Below are positions 48,422-58,895 of a stretch of 64,000 nucleotides of DNA, in pieces. Position numbers and translations under genes: made by a program. This DNA comes from Chloroflexota bacterium (GTDB lineage: Bacteria > Chloroflexota > Dehalococcoidia > UBA2979). The DNA lies in contig JAQCIU010000002.1 in the NCBI GenBank assembly GCA_027593235.1, forward strand, positions 1-64,000. The letters are read 5' to 3'. Below the pieces are notes generated by a model. It made no database searches, had not been told where the DNA came from, and worked only from the letters and a program-made list of their open reading frames with translations. Every line of letters begins with the position of its first letter. The first letter of the stretch is position 1.

Positions 48422-49620
48422 GCGTGGCCTCCCGTCCCGGCGGTCGGATCGCCACTGAGGATCAGCGTCGCGTGCATATCGAGGATCCCGCCCTGCGTGC
48501 TCACGAGGACGTTCGTGTTGTCCGCCACCTGCCGCTCGCCGCCCTGGCCGCGCGCCTGGATCACCGCCTCGGACAGCGGCGTCATCCCCCACATGTAGTA
48601 CCCGGAAAGCTCGCCGCCGCCCGTGTTCGTCGGGTGCGATCCGCCCGGCCCCAGCTTGCCGTCCTCGACGAACGACCCGCCCTCACCCTTCGGCGCGAAC
48701 CCGTAATCCTCCAGAGTCACGATCGTCGTGTACGTGTAGCAGTCGTACAGCTCGCGCACGCCGATGTCCTTCGGCCCGACGCCCGCCATCGCGTACGCCG
48801 TCTCGCCGGCCTGCACCGCGCCGGTGTTCACCTCGTACTCCGCGCCCGCGTGCCGCGGGTTGCCCGGGTGCCCCTGCCCCATCCCGGTGACGTACACCGG
48901 TGGCTGCTTCAGCTCCTTCGCGCGCTCCCGCGAGGTCACCACCACCGCCACCGCGCCGTTCGTCACCAGCGTGCAGTCGAGCAGGTGGAACGGCTCCACG
49001 ATCCACCGCGACCCGTGGTAATCGTCGAGGGTCATCTCACCCCGCTGCATCGCGATCGGATTGAGCTGCGCCCACTTCCGCGTCGAGACCGCGACCGCGC
49101 CAAGCTGGTCCTGCGTCGTCCCGTACAGCGCCATGTGCCGCCGCGCCGCCAGCGCGTACGCCGTGTTCGCGCCGAAGGCGCCGTAGTAGTTGTTGAGGCT
49201 CGCGATCCCCCCGGCCACGCGCCCGGATCCGCCGTACGCCGCCCCCGCGCTCCCGCCCCGCAGCGGGTCGTCCGCGAACACGCAGACCACCACGTTCGCC
49301 AGCCCCGCCTGCACCGCCAGCGAGGCGTATTGCACCATCTGCCCGGCCGTCGATCCCTGCCCGTTCATCAGCGTTTGCAGCCGCAGGTTCTCGATCCCCA
49401 CCGCCTTCTGCAGATCCGGACGCAGGTTCCCCATCACCCCGGGGTTCACCAGCAGCCCGTCCACGTCGTCCTTCGTCAGCCCCGCATCGGCAATCGCGTT
49501 ACGAATCGCGATCGCCGCGAGGCCGCTCGCGCTGTACGTGTACTCGCGCGTCATCTCGGTCATGCCGAGGCCGACGATCGCGGCCCCTCCGGACGGATTG
49601 AACGATGCGGAAAAGGTCAT
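48418..49620 (-). CDS. SCP-x/Ltp2-type thiolase-like protein
   Basis: AIVGLG, ARRHMALYG, LLDC, ELYDCYT and NTGGGELS. No N-terminal catalytic Cys (GQGST). Confidence 0.88.
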   Translation of the reverse strand: MTFSASFNPSGGAAIVGLGMTEMTREYTYSASGLAAIAIRNAIADAGLTKDDVDGLLVNPGVMGNLRPDLQKAVGIENLRLQTLMNGQGSTAGQMVQYASLAVQAGLANVVVCVFADDPLRGGSAGAAYGGSGRVAGGIASLNNYYGAFGANTAYALAARRHMALYGTTQDQLGAVAVSTRKWAQLNPIAMQRGEMTLDDYHGSRWIVEPFHLLDCTLVTNGAVAVVVTSRERAKELKQPPVYVTGMGQGHPGNPRHAGAEYEVNTGAVQAGETAYAMAGVGPKDIGVRELYDCYTYTTIVTLEDYGFAPKGEGGSFVEDGKLGPGGSHPTNTGGGELSGYYMWGMTPLSEAVIQARGQGGERQVADNTNVLVSTQGGILDMHATLILSGDPTAGTGGHA

Positions 49621-49722
49621 CGGGTTGCTCCTCGGAACGGGCGCATCATAGCGACTGTCAGGTCTCCGTATACTCACTGCGGCGGGTTCTGCACCGTCGG
49701 AGCCCTGCCTGGAGGTTGGTCA

Positions 49723-50595
49723 GTGTTCTTTATCAGCGTGGTCAAGCAATACGAACGAGCCGTGATCTTCCGGCTCGGTCGCTACATCGGGACCAAGGGT
49801 CCCGGTCTGGTGATCCTGATCCCCTTCGTCGATCGCGGAATCGTCGTCGATCAACGCGAGCTGGTCCTCGATGAACCGGCGCAGTCGTCGATCACGAAGG
49901 ACAACGCGCTCGTCGACATCGACTTCGTCGTCTACATGCGTGTCGTCGACGCCGAAGCCGCCGTCATCAACGTCAACAACTACATCCGCGCCGTGCGGAA
50001 CATGGCCACCACGACCCTCCGCTCTGTCATCGGTGACATCACCGTCGAGGAGGTGCTCTCCCAGCGCGAGACCATCAACCAGCGCCTCCAGGCCAAACTC
50101 TCCTCCGAGACCGTGCGCTGGGGCGTCGAGGTCAAAGCGATCGAGATTCGCGAGATCACACCGCAGCACGACATCCAGCAGGCGATGACGCGCCTGCTCA
50201 CGGCGGATCGCACCAAGCGCGCCCTCATCACCGAATCCGAGGGCGATCGACAGGCCGCCATCAACCGCGCCGAGGGCTCCAAGCAGGCCTCGATCCTCGA
50301 GGCCGAAGGCTCCCGCGAGGCGCAGGTCCTCCGCGCCGAGGGCGCTCGACAGGCCGCGATCCTCAACGCCGAGGGCTTCTCGATCGCCCTCGAACGCATC
50401 TACCAGGTCGCCTCGACCGTCGACGCGAACACCATGGGGCTCCAGTACCTCGACATGATGAAGCAGCTCGGCGCCGGCGAATCCACGAAGTGGATCATCC
50501 CGCTCGACCTCGCCGCGATGGCCGGCCCGCTCGCCGGGGCGATCGAGGGCCTCGGGGGACGCAACGGCGGTCCGCCTGCGACGGGCGCGCGCTAA
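49723..50595 (+). CDS. SPFH/band-7 stomatin-like protein
   Basis: YERAVIFRLG, GPGL...IPFVD, ITKDN and TTLRSVIG. GGAGG RBS before GTG. Confidence 0.9.
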   Translation: MFFISVVKQYERAVIFRLGRYIGTKGPGLVILIPFVDRGIVVDQRELVLDEPAQSSITKDNALVDIDFVVYMRVVDAEAAVINVNNYIRAVRNMATTTLRSVIGDITVEEVLSQRETINQRLQAKLSSETVRWGVEVKAIEIREITPQHDIQQAMTRLLTADRTKRALITESEGDRQAAINRAEGSKQASILEAEGSREAQVLRAEGARQAAILNAEGFSIALERIYQVASTVDANTMGLQYLDMMKQLGAGESTKWIIPLDLAAMAGPLAGAIEGLGGRNGGPPATGAR

Positions 50596-51731
50596 AGGCT
50601 GCGCGTTCCCGTTTCCGAGGTAGGCGCTATGTAATTGCGGGCGATCACTGACACCGCGATCACGATGATCGCGATCGTCCCGCCTACCAGCACCCCGCCT
50701 ACGACTAGCACGCGCTGGAGCGTCAGCTCGGTCGATGCCTGACCGATCACGATCGCCACGCTCAGCAGCAACGCCGCCGTGCCCCCCGTCGCGAACACCG
50801 CCGATCCCCCGATCGTGAACTCGAGGATCACCAGCGCCACGCCCACGATCGCGAACGCGATCGCCGCCTCGCCCGGCAGCAGCGTCCCCACACCCAGGAA
50901 TGACGCGATCAGCGCCAGCACCCCCACCACCCCCGGCAACAGATGCCCCGGGACGAACAGCTCGATCGCCAGACCAAGCGCTCCCAGCACGAACAGCAGC
51001 GAGAACACCGTCGGATCGCTCACGATGTTCAGCACCCGCTCATAGGCGTTCATCCCGTTGTCGATCTGAACCGCCCCGAACACCCCCTGCAGCGGTACCT
51101 CGGTGCCGTCCAGCAGCGTCACGCTCTGCCCGTCCACCGCTGCCAGCAGCGCGTTGAGGTCGATCGCCTCGAGGTCCACGACATTCTGTGCGAGGGCGTC
51201 AGAGGTGCTCGCGGAGATCGCGTCGCGCACCGCCTGCTCCGCCCAGTCCGCGTTCCGGCCGCGCAGCTCCGCCACACCGCGCGCGAACGCGACGGCATCG
51301 TTCTCCACCTTCTGGCCCAGCGCCCCCGTGATGTCGCCGCCCGAGGACTGGACGGGCATCGCCGCCCCGATCGTCGTGTTCGGCGCCATCGCCGCGATGT
51401 TCCCCGCCATCGCGATGAACGTCCCCGCCGACGCGGCCTGCGCCCCCGGCGGACCCACCCACGTGATCACCGGCACCCGCGACGCCTCGATGTCCCCCAC
51501 GATGCGCTTCATCGAGGAGATCGAACCGCCGGGCGTGTCGATCCGGATCACCACCGCCAGCGCCTGCTGCTCCTCCGCGTTCCGGATCCCGCGCTCGATG
51601 TACCGATCGAGGACGCCGTTCACCTCGGCATCCACCGTCAGCACGTGCACCGCATGCGGTGTCTCGTCCGGCGCGCACGCCATCCCGACGAGGGCGACGA
51701 CCATCGAGGCGGCGATCAGGAGCCGGCGCAC
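50592..51731 (-). CDS. nfeD: NfeD-family membrane serine protease lacking the C-terminal OB domain
   Basis: IDTPGG, AASAGTFI, AMAPNTTIGAAMP, KVEND and RGRNADWAE, followed by TM helices and an immediate stop. Confidence 0.85.
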   Translation of the reverse strand: MRRLLIAASMVVALVGMACAPDETPHAVHVLTVDAEVNGVLDRYIERGIRNAEEQQALAVVIRIDTPGGSISSMKRIVGDIEASRVPVITWVGPPGAQAASAGTFIAMAGNIAAMAPNTTIGAAMPVQSSGGDITGALGQKVENDAVAFARGVAELRGRNADWAEQAVRDAISASTSDALAQNVVDLEAIDLNALLAAVDGQSVTLLDGTEVPLQGVFGAVQIDNGMNAYERVLNIVSDPTVFSLLFVLGALGLAIELFVPGHLLPGVVGVLALIASFLGVGTLLPGEAAIAFAIVGVALVILEFTIGGSAVFATGGTAALLLSVAIVIGQASTELTLQRVLVVGGVLVGGTIAIIVIAVSVIARNYIAPTSETGTRSL

Positions 51732-51867
51732 GGAGGCGTGGGCGGCGAGTGTGCGTATGACGCCATCGAGGATAGCGCGGACCGCGGGCTATACTTCGCC
51801 CCACTTGCCCCCGGATACCGGTCAGAGCCGCTGGCCGGATTCCCCGGCATCTCGTTGAGGAGCACCC

Positions 51868-53499
51868 GTGCGCGCCATTCCGGAACTAGCTGCCGATCTC
51901 GGACTGAACTGGGACGACCTCGAGCCCTACGGCCGCGATCGTGCTAAGGTCCCTTTGACTGCCTTCCCGAAGGCCACACTCGGCAAGCTCATCGTCGTCA
52001 CCGCCATCACCCCCACGCCCGCGGGTGAAGGCAAAACCACCACCTCGATCGGTCTCACCGACGGCCTGCGCAAGATCGGCAAGAACGCCGTCCTCGCCAT
52101 TCGCCAGCCCTCGCTCGGCCCGCTCTTCGGCCGCAAGGGTGGCGGCACCGGCGGCGGTAAAGCCACCGTGCAGCCGGCCAACGACATCAACCTGCACTTC
52201 ACCGGCGACTTCCACGCCATCGAATCCGCCCACAACTTCCTCGCCGCGATGGCCGACAACGCCGCCCACAACGGCGACGTCGATGGCTTCGATCCACTCC
52301 AGATCTCCTGGCGCCGCGTCACCGACGCCGAGGATCGCGCACTCCGCCGCATCATCACCGGCGTCGGCGGCCGCAGCGACGGCCCGCTCCGCGAGACCGG
52401 CTTCGATATCTCCGCCGCCTCCGAGATCATGGCAATCATGGCCCTCGCCAGTGACTACGATGACCTCCGCTCGCGCCTCAGCGACATCGTCGTCGGCTGG
52501 ACCAACGACAACCGCCCCGTCACCGCGAAGGACGTCGGTGCCGTCGGCTCGATGATGGTCCTGCTCAAGGACGCGCTGAAGCCCAACCTCGTCCAGACCG
52601 TCGAGGGCAATCCCGCCATCGTCCACACCGGCCCGTTCGGCAACATCGCCCACGGCTGCTCCTCGATCGTCGCGGACCGCCTCGCGCTCGCCGTCGGCGA
52701 CTACGTCGTCACCGAGGCCGGCTTCGGCGCCGATCTCGGCTTCGAGAAGTTCATGGACATCAAGGTCCGCCAGGGCGGCGCCGAACCGGCCGCGGCTGTC
52801 GTCGTCGCCACCGTCCGCGGTCTCAAGTGGCACGGCGGCGTCAAGCAGGAAGACCTCACCACCCCCAACGTGAAGGCCGTCCATGACGGTTCCGCCAACC
52901 TCCGCCACGCCATCCACATCGTGAACCGCTACGGCCTCCCCGCTGTCGTCGCCATCAACCGCTTCCCGGACGACACGCCGGAAGAGATCGCCGAGGTCCG
53001 CCGCGCCGCCCTCGAGGCTGGTGCGCTCGCCGCCGTCGAGGCGAAAGGCTTCACCGAGGGTGGCGCCGGCATGACCGATCTGGCGGAAGCCGTGATCGAC
53101 GCCGTCGATCACCACCCGGCCGACGTGCACCTGATCTACGAAGACAACGACCACATCATCGACAAGGTCGAAACGCTCGCTTCCAACCTCTACATGGCGG
53201 GCGAAACCACCTGGGGCCCGATGACCCGTACCACCGCGCGCCGCTTCGAGGACAACGGTTGGAACTTCCCGATCTGCATCGCGAAGACCCACCTCTCCAT
53301 CTCCGCGGACTCGCGCCTGCGCGGCGCACCGGAGGGCCACACCTTCCCCGTCACCGAGCTGCGCATCGCCGCCGGCGCCCGCCAGGTGATCGTCCTCGCG
53401 GGCAACATCATGACGCTGCCCGGCCTGCCGCCGGACCCGAACGCCTTCGACATCGACCTCTCGCCCGAGGGCGAGGTGATGGGGCTCCTCGGGACCTAA
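51868..53499 (+). CDS. fhs: Formate--tetrahydrofolate ligase
   Basis: TPTPAGEGKTTT, INLHFTGDFHAI, HTGPFGNIAHG, TEAGFGADLG and IMTLPGLP. Confidence 0.95.
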   Translation: MRAIPELAADLGLNWDDLEPYGRDRAKVPLTAFPKATLGKLIVVTAITPTPAGEGKTTTSIGLTDGLRKIGKNAVLAIRQPSLGPLFGRKGGGTGGGKATVQPANDINLHFTGDFHAIESAHNFLAAMADNAAHNGDVDGFDPLQISWRRVTDAEDRALRRIITGVGGRSDGPLRETGFDISAASEIMAIMALASDYDDLRSRLSDIVVGWTNDNRPVTAKDVGAVGSMMVLLKDALKPNLVQTVEGNPAIVHTGPFGNIAHGCSSIVADRLALAVGDYVVTEAGFGADLGFEKFMDIKVRQGGAEPAAAVVVATVRGLKWHGGVKQEDLTTPNVKAVHDGSANLRHAIHIVNRYGLPAVVAINRFPDDTPEEIAEVRRAALEAGALAAVEAKGFTEGGAGMTDLAEAVIDAVDHHPADVHLIYEDNDHIIDKVETLASNLYMAGETTWGPMTRTTARRFEDNGWNFPICIAKTHLSISADSRLRGAPEGHTFPVTELRIAAGARQVIVLAGNIMTLPGLPPDPNAFDIDLSPEGEVMGLLGT

Positions 53500-53538
53500 G
53501 TCAGACCGAGGTCCATCCGACCGACCCTGCGGGATCGA

Positions 53539-53563
53539 GAAGGGGCGCCACAGGCGCCCCTTC
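53539..53563. terminator. Hairpin between convergent fhs and CoA transferase
   Basis: 11-bp stem GAAGGGGCGCC/GGCGCCCCTTC. Confidence 0.65.
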
Positions 53564-53588
53564 GTTCGTAGTCGGTGCGTGGCTGCCG

Positions 53589-54848
53589 CTAGTCCCCGCC
53601 GCTCGCGCCGGCCGCCTGCTTCGGCTTACCCGCGAACGGCGAGCCAATCGCCCCCGCTGCGCGCAACGTCTCGAGCTTGCTGGCGTCGACGCCGAGGTCG
53701 CCCACCAACACCTCGTCGGTGTTCGCATCGAGGAGCGGGGAGTGCCGGAGCGGCTCCGCACCGCGCATCCGGATCGGGTTCCGCATCAGCTTCACCGGGC
53801 CGTTGATCGGGTGCTCGACCGTCTGGATGAAGTCGCGCGACACGAGGTGCGGGTCGGTGAACAGGTCGAGCGAACTAAAGACATAACTACAGGGCACCCC
53901 GGCCGGGCCGAGGATGCTCATCACCTCGCGCTTCGTGTACTGGCGCGTCCACGCGGCGACCAGGTCGTACAGCTCGTCCTTGTGCTCCATCCGCGAGATC
54001 GGGTTGTCGTAGCGCGGATCGATCGACAGTTCCGGCTGGTCCATCGCCGCACACAGCGCGTCCCACATCTGGCTCGTCACCACCATGATGAACGCCCAGT
54101 CGTTCGAATCGGCCTGACCGTCTTCGGGCTTGCACGGGTACGTCGCCGTCACCCCGCCGCCGTGGTGAATCCCCGTCCGCGGCGCCGCGGCGGTGCCCCA
54201 GTTATCGAGGCCCAGCGTTCGCATGAACATCGTCGTGGCCTCTTGCATGGAGATCTCGATCTCCTGGCCCTTGCCCGTGCGCATTTGCTCCACGTAGGCC
54301 GCCGTGATCGCCAGCGCCATCTGGATCCCGGTGCCGCTGTCGGACATCGTCGGCGCCGGGTGCATCGGCGGTCCGTCCGGCTCGCCGGTCACCGAGAAGG
54401 TCCCCGCCGACGCCTGCGCGACCCAGTCGTAGCAGTTGAACTCCGAGTACGGACCATCGAGGCCGAAGCCCTTGATCCGCGCGTGAATGATCTTCGGGTT
54501 GATCGCGGAGAGCACGTCGTAGCCGATGCCCAGCTTCTCCACGACGCCCGGTCCGTAGTTCTCGACGAACACGTCGTAGTGCGGCGCCATGTCCAGTAGC
54601 AGTTGGCGGCCCGCGTCGGTCTTCAGGTTGAGCACCACGGAGCGCTTGTTCGCGTTGTAGTTCATGAAGTACTGGCGTTCGTCGTCGCTCTCGCCGGGAA
54701 GCTGTCGGCCGACGCCGCGCCCGGGGTCACCGGTCGGCGATTCGACCTTCACCACGTCCGCACCCAGCCACGCCAACATCTGCGTGCACGAGGTCCCGGC
54801 CTCGTACTGCGTCATGTCCAGCACGCGCATGCCCTCGAGTGAGCCCAT
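53589..54848 (-). CDS. Class III CoA transferase (formyl-CoA transferase-like)
   Basis: DMTQYEAGTSCTQMLAWLGADV, NANKRS, ENYGPG and CYD catalytic Asp. Confidence 0.9.
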   Translation of the reverse strand: MGSLEGMRVLDMTQYEAGTSCTQMLAWLGADVVKVESPTGDPGRGVGRQLPGESDDERQYFMNYNANKRSVVLNLKTDAGRQLLLDMAPHYDVFVENYGPGVVEKLGIGYDVLSAINPKIIHARIKGFGLDGPYSEFNCYDWVAQASAGTFSVTGEPDGPPMHPAPTMSDSGTGIQMALAITAAYVEQMRTGKGQEIEISMQEATTMFMRTLGLDNWGTAAAPRTGIHHGGGVTATYPCKPEDGQADSNDWAFIMVVTSQMWDALCAAMDQPELSIDPRYDNPISRMEHKDELYDLVAAWTRQYTKREVMSILGPAGVPCSYVFSSLDLFTDPHLVSRDFIQTVEHPINGPVKLMRNPIRMRGAEPLRHSPLLDANTDEVLVGDLGVDASKLETLRAAGAIGSPFAGKPKQAAGASGGD

Positions 54849-55038
54849 TAATCAACCTCCATGACCGCGAATGCCGCCAATCGTACTCGCCCGGTCCAGC
54901 GCTGCCGACCCTCGTCGCGCCGCAGGGGGGACGAGCGGGCCAACACGCGAAGCATGTCGCGCTGGATGTCCCGCTGGATGTCGCCCTGAGCGTGACACGG
55001 GGCGTCGTGTGCGCCCGGATCGGCGGCGAACAGCCAGG

Positions 55039-56010
55039 CTACCGATTCTTGAATAAGACTCGGATCGCGGAGCAGGTGAGGTTGTCGAACTCGCCGGTTC
55101 GCGCCCTGAAGATCGGCGCGTACCGCTCGACGAGGTCGAGGTGCTGGTACGCCCCGTCCTCCGCGTAGCTGACCGTTTCGAGGCGATCGGCAAATGACGC
55201 GAACAGCGCTCGGAACTGTGCCCGCGACCAGCGGTTGCAGTGCGTGAAGCTGATCGGCGCGAGTTCTGCCTCTCGCATGAACTCCGTCAGGGTGTCGTCG
55301 GAGAACAGGATCTGGCAGTACGGCACGTTGATCTGTGGGGCATGGAGGCCCATCGGTTACAGGTAGAGCGGACCGAACTCCAGGTAAATAGGCCCACCCG
55401 GCTTCACGACGCGATGCAGCTCGCTGAGCGCTCGCTCGGGACTCGCGAAATGCTCGAACGAGTCGTAGCTGATCGCGGCATCGAACGAGCGGTCCTCGAA
55501 CTCGAGCGCCTCTGCGTCCATTTGGATCAGCCGCACGCCCGCGTCGATTGCTCGTGCGTCGAATGCTTGCGCCCGAAAGTCGATGCCGGTCGCTTCCTGC
55601 CCGTGCTTGGCGAGGTGGTAGCCGACCATCCCATCGGAGCAGCCGGTTTCCAGGACCGAGTTCACCGACTGCCGGGAGAGCATCGCGGGGAACCGTTCGG
55701 CGCGCTCCCGCCCTCGTTCGCTCCGTACCTCCGACTCGTATGAGTACGCGGGCGCCGGAGCGTACTCGCTTTGGAGGCGGCGCAAGTCGGTCAGCGACAA
55801 TCGGTCGCCGGGCGCAGCCGCCGCGAATGCCCGGTGCGCGGAACGGGTGCGTGGCCTCGCCTTCAGGGTCTGGATGCGGAGCACGACGTTCCGCGGAAGC
55901 GCCGACGCGACCCGGTCACGGATCGACTGAACGGCGAGGGGCCCGAGCTGATCGCGCCTGCGGGTGACTCTCACGGCGTGCCGGCCTTCGCACCGGTCGA
56001 GCGGTCCCAC
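55039..56010 (-). pseudogene. Class I SAM-dependent methyltransferase with in-frame TAA at 55357-55359
   Basis: VLETGCSDG, SFD and LHRVVKPGG, then EFGPLYL*PMGLHA continuing in the same frame to 55039. Start uncertain. Confidence 0.75.
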
Positions 56011-56115
56011 GTCCCTGCGACCCGCCCGCCGATCGTTTCGTTGTCGGTCTCCGTACCAACTGACTGACAGCTAACGATAACGGCACCAAATACGCACGGA
56101 CAGTGGCGTTCCAGC

Positions 56116-56161
56116 GCGCCCACCTCCGAGGCCCGGCGGCGCCCACCTCCGGGGCCCGCCG
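56116..56161. repeat. 23-bp tandem duplication
   Basis: GCGCCCACCTCCGAGGCCCGGCG followed by GCGCCCACCTCCGGGGCCCGCCG. Confidence 0.7.
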
Positions 56162-56170
56162 TGTTCGGGA

Positions 56171-57466
56171 CTACGGCTCTCGCTTCCGCTGCTGCGACCG
56201 GAATACTGGCTCGTCCTCCAGCGCCACGCCCATGTCGCGCGCTGTCGCGCGGTAGATACCCACCGCCATCGTCGATCGCTCGTCGGCGGCGCGGCGGGCG
56301 TAGATCGCCCCGCGCACCGCCCGGACCGCCCGATCGTCGGGCGCGGCGTCAAAGGCCCAGTCCGCCAGGTGGCAGGCCAACCGCAGATCCCCTGCCTCCG
56401 CGACTTCCGAGGCGCGCACGATCAGCGCCTCGATCCCGCCGGCGAGACGGGCGATCTCCTGGCCCTGCGCCGCCTCGGTCGCTGGCTTGAGGTGCGACGG
56501 CTGACCGTCGTACCAGCCGCCGTAGAGCCGCCAGATGTTGCGAATGATGAACTCCGGCTCGTCGTACACCGGCTGCAGATACGGCCGCTCCAGCAGTTCC
56601 GGCGGCGGCCCCACCTCCTGCAGCACCCGATCGAGCGACGCGCCCTCGTTCATCAGCGCCACCGTCTGCCGTTCGAGTGCCTCCAGGTAAGCGGCGGTGT
56701 CGCCCAGCGCCTGTCGCACCCGGCTCGCGCCCACGATCGGCGGCCCGTGCCCGGGCAGCAGCACCTCCGGTTCCCGCGCGGCCATCGCCCGCAGTGCCTC
56801 CGCCCATTCGCCGGCGTAGCGCTGCACCTTCTGCGGATTCCCGGCGTTCGGCGCGACCCAGACGAACAGATCGCCGGTGCACAGCACCCGTCGATCGGCG
56901 GCGAATACCCAGGTCGCATCGTCCGTCTCGCCACGTGCGTGGACCAGCTCGAACCGCTGGCCGCCCACCGTCACGTCGACCCGGTCCCGGTACGACAGAT
57001 CCGGCGTCCGGTACTCCATCGGCCACGGCGTGATCGTCCCGCCGCCGCGGAATTGCCGTGAGTTGATGATTGCGTTGTACCCACCGGTCCGGCGATAACG
57101 ATCGAAGCGCGCCGTCAGCGCCTCATGCCCGATCACCCGCGGCGGTGCCCAGCCTCGCCCGCGCGCCTCCGCCTCGTAGTGATCGACGCCGAACACGTGG
57201 TCGACATGGCCGTGCGTGTAGATCGCCGTGTGCAATGGGCCGGGGAGCGCTGCCCGTACCGCCTCGAACCGCAGCTCGGAGCGGTTCCGGATCCCCGGAT
57301 CGACCATCACCAGGCCGTCCGCCGTCTCGAAGACCACCGTGTTCGAGAACGAGTGGTAGAACCACACGCCGTCGCTGATCCGTTCCAGCTCGTTCGGCCC
57401 TTGCCAGGGATGCCCCTCCAGCTCGCCCTTCCACGCCCGCTCCGCGCGCTCTGCGATCGTGCCCAT
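56171..57466 (-). CDS. Alkyl-sulfatase-like metallo-beta-lactamase
   Basis: THGHVDH, HARGETDD, GDL, PNAGNPQK, PGHG and IWRLYGGWYDG. Confidence 0.88.
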   Translation of the reverse strand: MGTIAERAERAWKGELEGHPWQGPNELERISDGVWFYHSFSNTVVFETADGLVMVDPGIRNRSELRFEAVRAALPGPLHTAIYTHGHVDHVFGVDHYEAEARGRGWAPPRVIGHEALTARFDRYRRTGGYNAIINSRQFRGGGTITPWPMEYRTPDLSYRDRVDVTVGGQRFELVHARGETDDATWVFAADRRVLCTGDLFVWVAPNAGNPQKVQRYAGEWAEALRAMAAREPEVLLPGHGPPIVGASRVRQALGDTAAYLEALERQTVALMNEGASLDRVLQEVGPPPELLERPYLQPVYDEPEFIIRNIWRLYGGWYDGQPSHLKPATEAAQGQEIARLAGGIEALIVRASEVAEAGDLRLACHLADWAFDAAPDDRAVRAVRGAIYARRAADERSTMAVGIYRATARDMGVALEDEPVFRSQQRKREP

Positions 57467-57479
57467 CGGAGCCTCCTGC

Positions 57480-58817
57480 TCAGCTCGTCGCGATCGTTGC
57501 TTCCAGCCGCGCCGCCCATCCGAGCAGCGCCTCGTCCTGGCCGAACGGCGTCGCCAGTTGCACCCCGAGCGGCAGCCCGTCGGACCCGCTCCCGGCCGGC
57601 AGCATCACCACCGGCAGGCCGCTGTGTGTCCACGGCAGGTTCATCGATGCGTCGCCGGTCCACGCCAGCCCGTGCGGCGCCGTTCCCACCGCCGGCACGC
57701 TCGCCAGCAGGTCCAACCCGTACTCGGCGAACAACCCATCGAGGCGTTCCCGCAGCTCGAATCGGCTCGCGCGCCCCTCCGCTACCGCGGCGGCCGGAAC
57801 GGCCCGACCCTCCTCGACGTGGTTCGCGCTGAACGGCCGGTAGAGCTGGCCCCACGCCTCGAAGCGATCGTGATGCGCCCCGGCGAACTCCGCCGCGACC
57901 AGCGCTTCGTGCCGCGCGTTGATCGCCTTGATGTCGTCCAGCACCCGCAGCCGCACGACCCGCGCCCCGGCGGCCTCCAGCCGCGCCAGCGCGCCATCGA
58001 GGGCTGCGCGCGCCTCCTCGTCGGCCTGCTCCAGGTACGCCCCCTCGGCGACACCGATCACCGGCATGCGCTCACCCGCGCCCGCCGCATCGGGAGCGGC
58101 GTTCCACGCAGACAGCACGGCCCCAGCCGCGATCCGCATCCCCGCCGCGTCCGCGCTGAACAGGCCAACGTGGTCCACCGACTCCGAGTAGGTCAGCACC
58201 CCGTCGCGCGGGATCCGTTCGTGGCTCGGCTTGAACCCCACCACGCCGCAGAAGGCCGCCGGCCGGATCACCGATCCCACCGTCTGCGTCCCGAACGACA
58301 CATGGAACAGCCCCGCCGCGATCCCCGCCGCCGAACCGCTGCTCGACCCGCCCGGCGTGTGCGCCCGATCGCGCGGGTTCGTCGTCGCCCCCGGCTCCCG
58401 CGCCGCGAACTCCGTCGTCACCGTCTTCCCCAGCACCAGCGCGCCCGCGTCGCGCATCCGCCGCACCGCCGTCGCCTCCGCCATCGCCAGCACCTCGGGC
58501 GGCAATGCCGACCCGCCGCGCGTCGGCATCCCGTCGACCGCGATGATGTCCTTCACCCCCAGCAGCGCTCCGTAGAGCGGCGGGCGCGATTCCGGGTCCG
58601 GGTAGCGCGCCTCGAGGTCGCCCGCCTCACGCAGCAGCCGCTCGCGCCGTCCCGGCTCCGGGACCACCGCTCGCACCAGCAGATCGATCGCTTCAAGGCG
58701 ATCACACACCTCGCCGACCACCTCGCGCAGCGACCGCTCGCCGCCGCGGATCGCCGTAACGTGCGCGGCCAGCGGTGCCGGCTCAACCAGGGATCGTTCG
58801 TGCTCTGATCGGGACAT
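57480..58817 (-). CDS. Amidase signature family protein
   Basis: GVKD, GKTVTTEFA, TPGGSSSGSAA and GTQTVGSVIRPA. Confidence 0.92.
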   Translation of the reverse strand: MSRSEHERSLVEPAPLAAHVTAIRGGERSLREVVGEVCDRLEAIDLLVRAVVPEPGRRERLLREAGDLEARYPDPESRPPLYGALLGVKDIIAVDGMPTRGGSALPPEVLAMAEATAVRRMRDAGALVLGKTVTTEFAAREPGATTNPRDRAHTPGGSSSGSAAGIAAGLFHVSFGTQTVGSVIRPAAFCGVVGFKPSHERIPRDGVLTYSESVDHVGLFSADAAGMRIAAGAVLSAWNAAPDAAGAGERMPVIGVAEGAYLEQADEEARAALDGALARLEAAGARVVRLRVLDDIKAINARHEALVAAEFAGAHHDRFEAWGQLYRPFSANHVEEGRAVPAAAVAEGRASRFELRERLDGLFAEYGLDLLASVPAVGTAPHGLAWTGDASMNLPWTHSGLPVVMLPAGSGSDGLPLGVQLATPFGQDEALLGWAARLEATIATS

Positions 58818-58895
58818 CGACGCCTCCGCGCGGACGATAACAGCCGCCATCCGCCACCCGCTCGCGCGGAAGCGCGCCGCGCTTACGATGTGCTG

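Noticed and set aside
51868-54848. fhs plus formyl-CoA-transferase-like gene as an oxalate/formate pathway
   Set aside because: The genes are convergent with a terminator between them, no oxalyl-CoA decarboxylase is adjacent, and class III transferase specificity cannot be read from motifs.
54955-54985. 12-nt tandem GCTGGATGTC repeat upstream of the CoA transferase
   Set aside because: About 2.5 copies, likely slippage, with no evidence of function.
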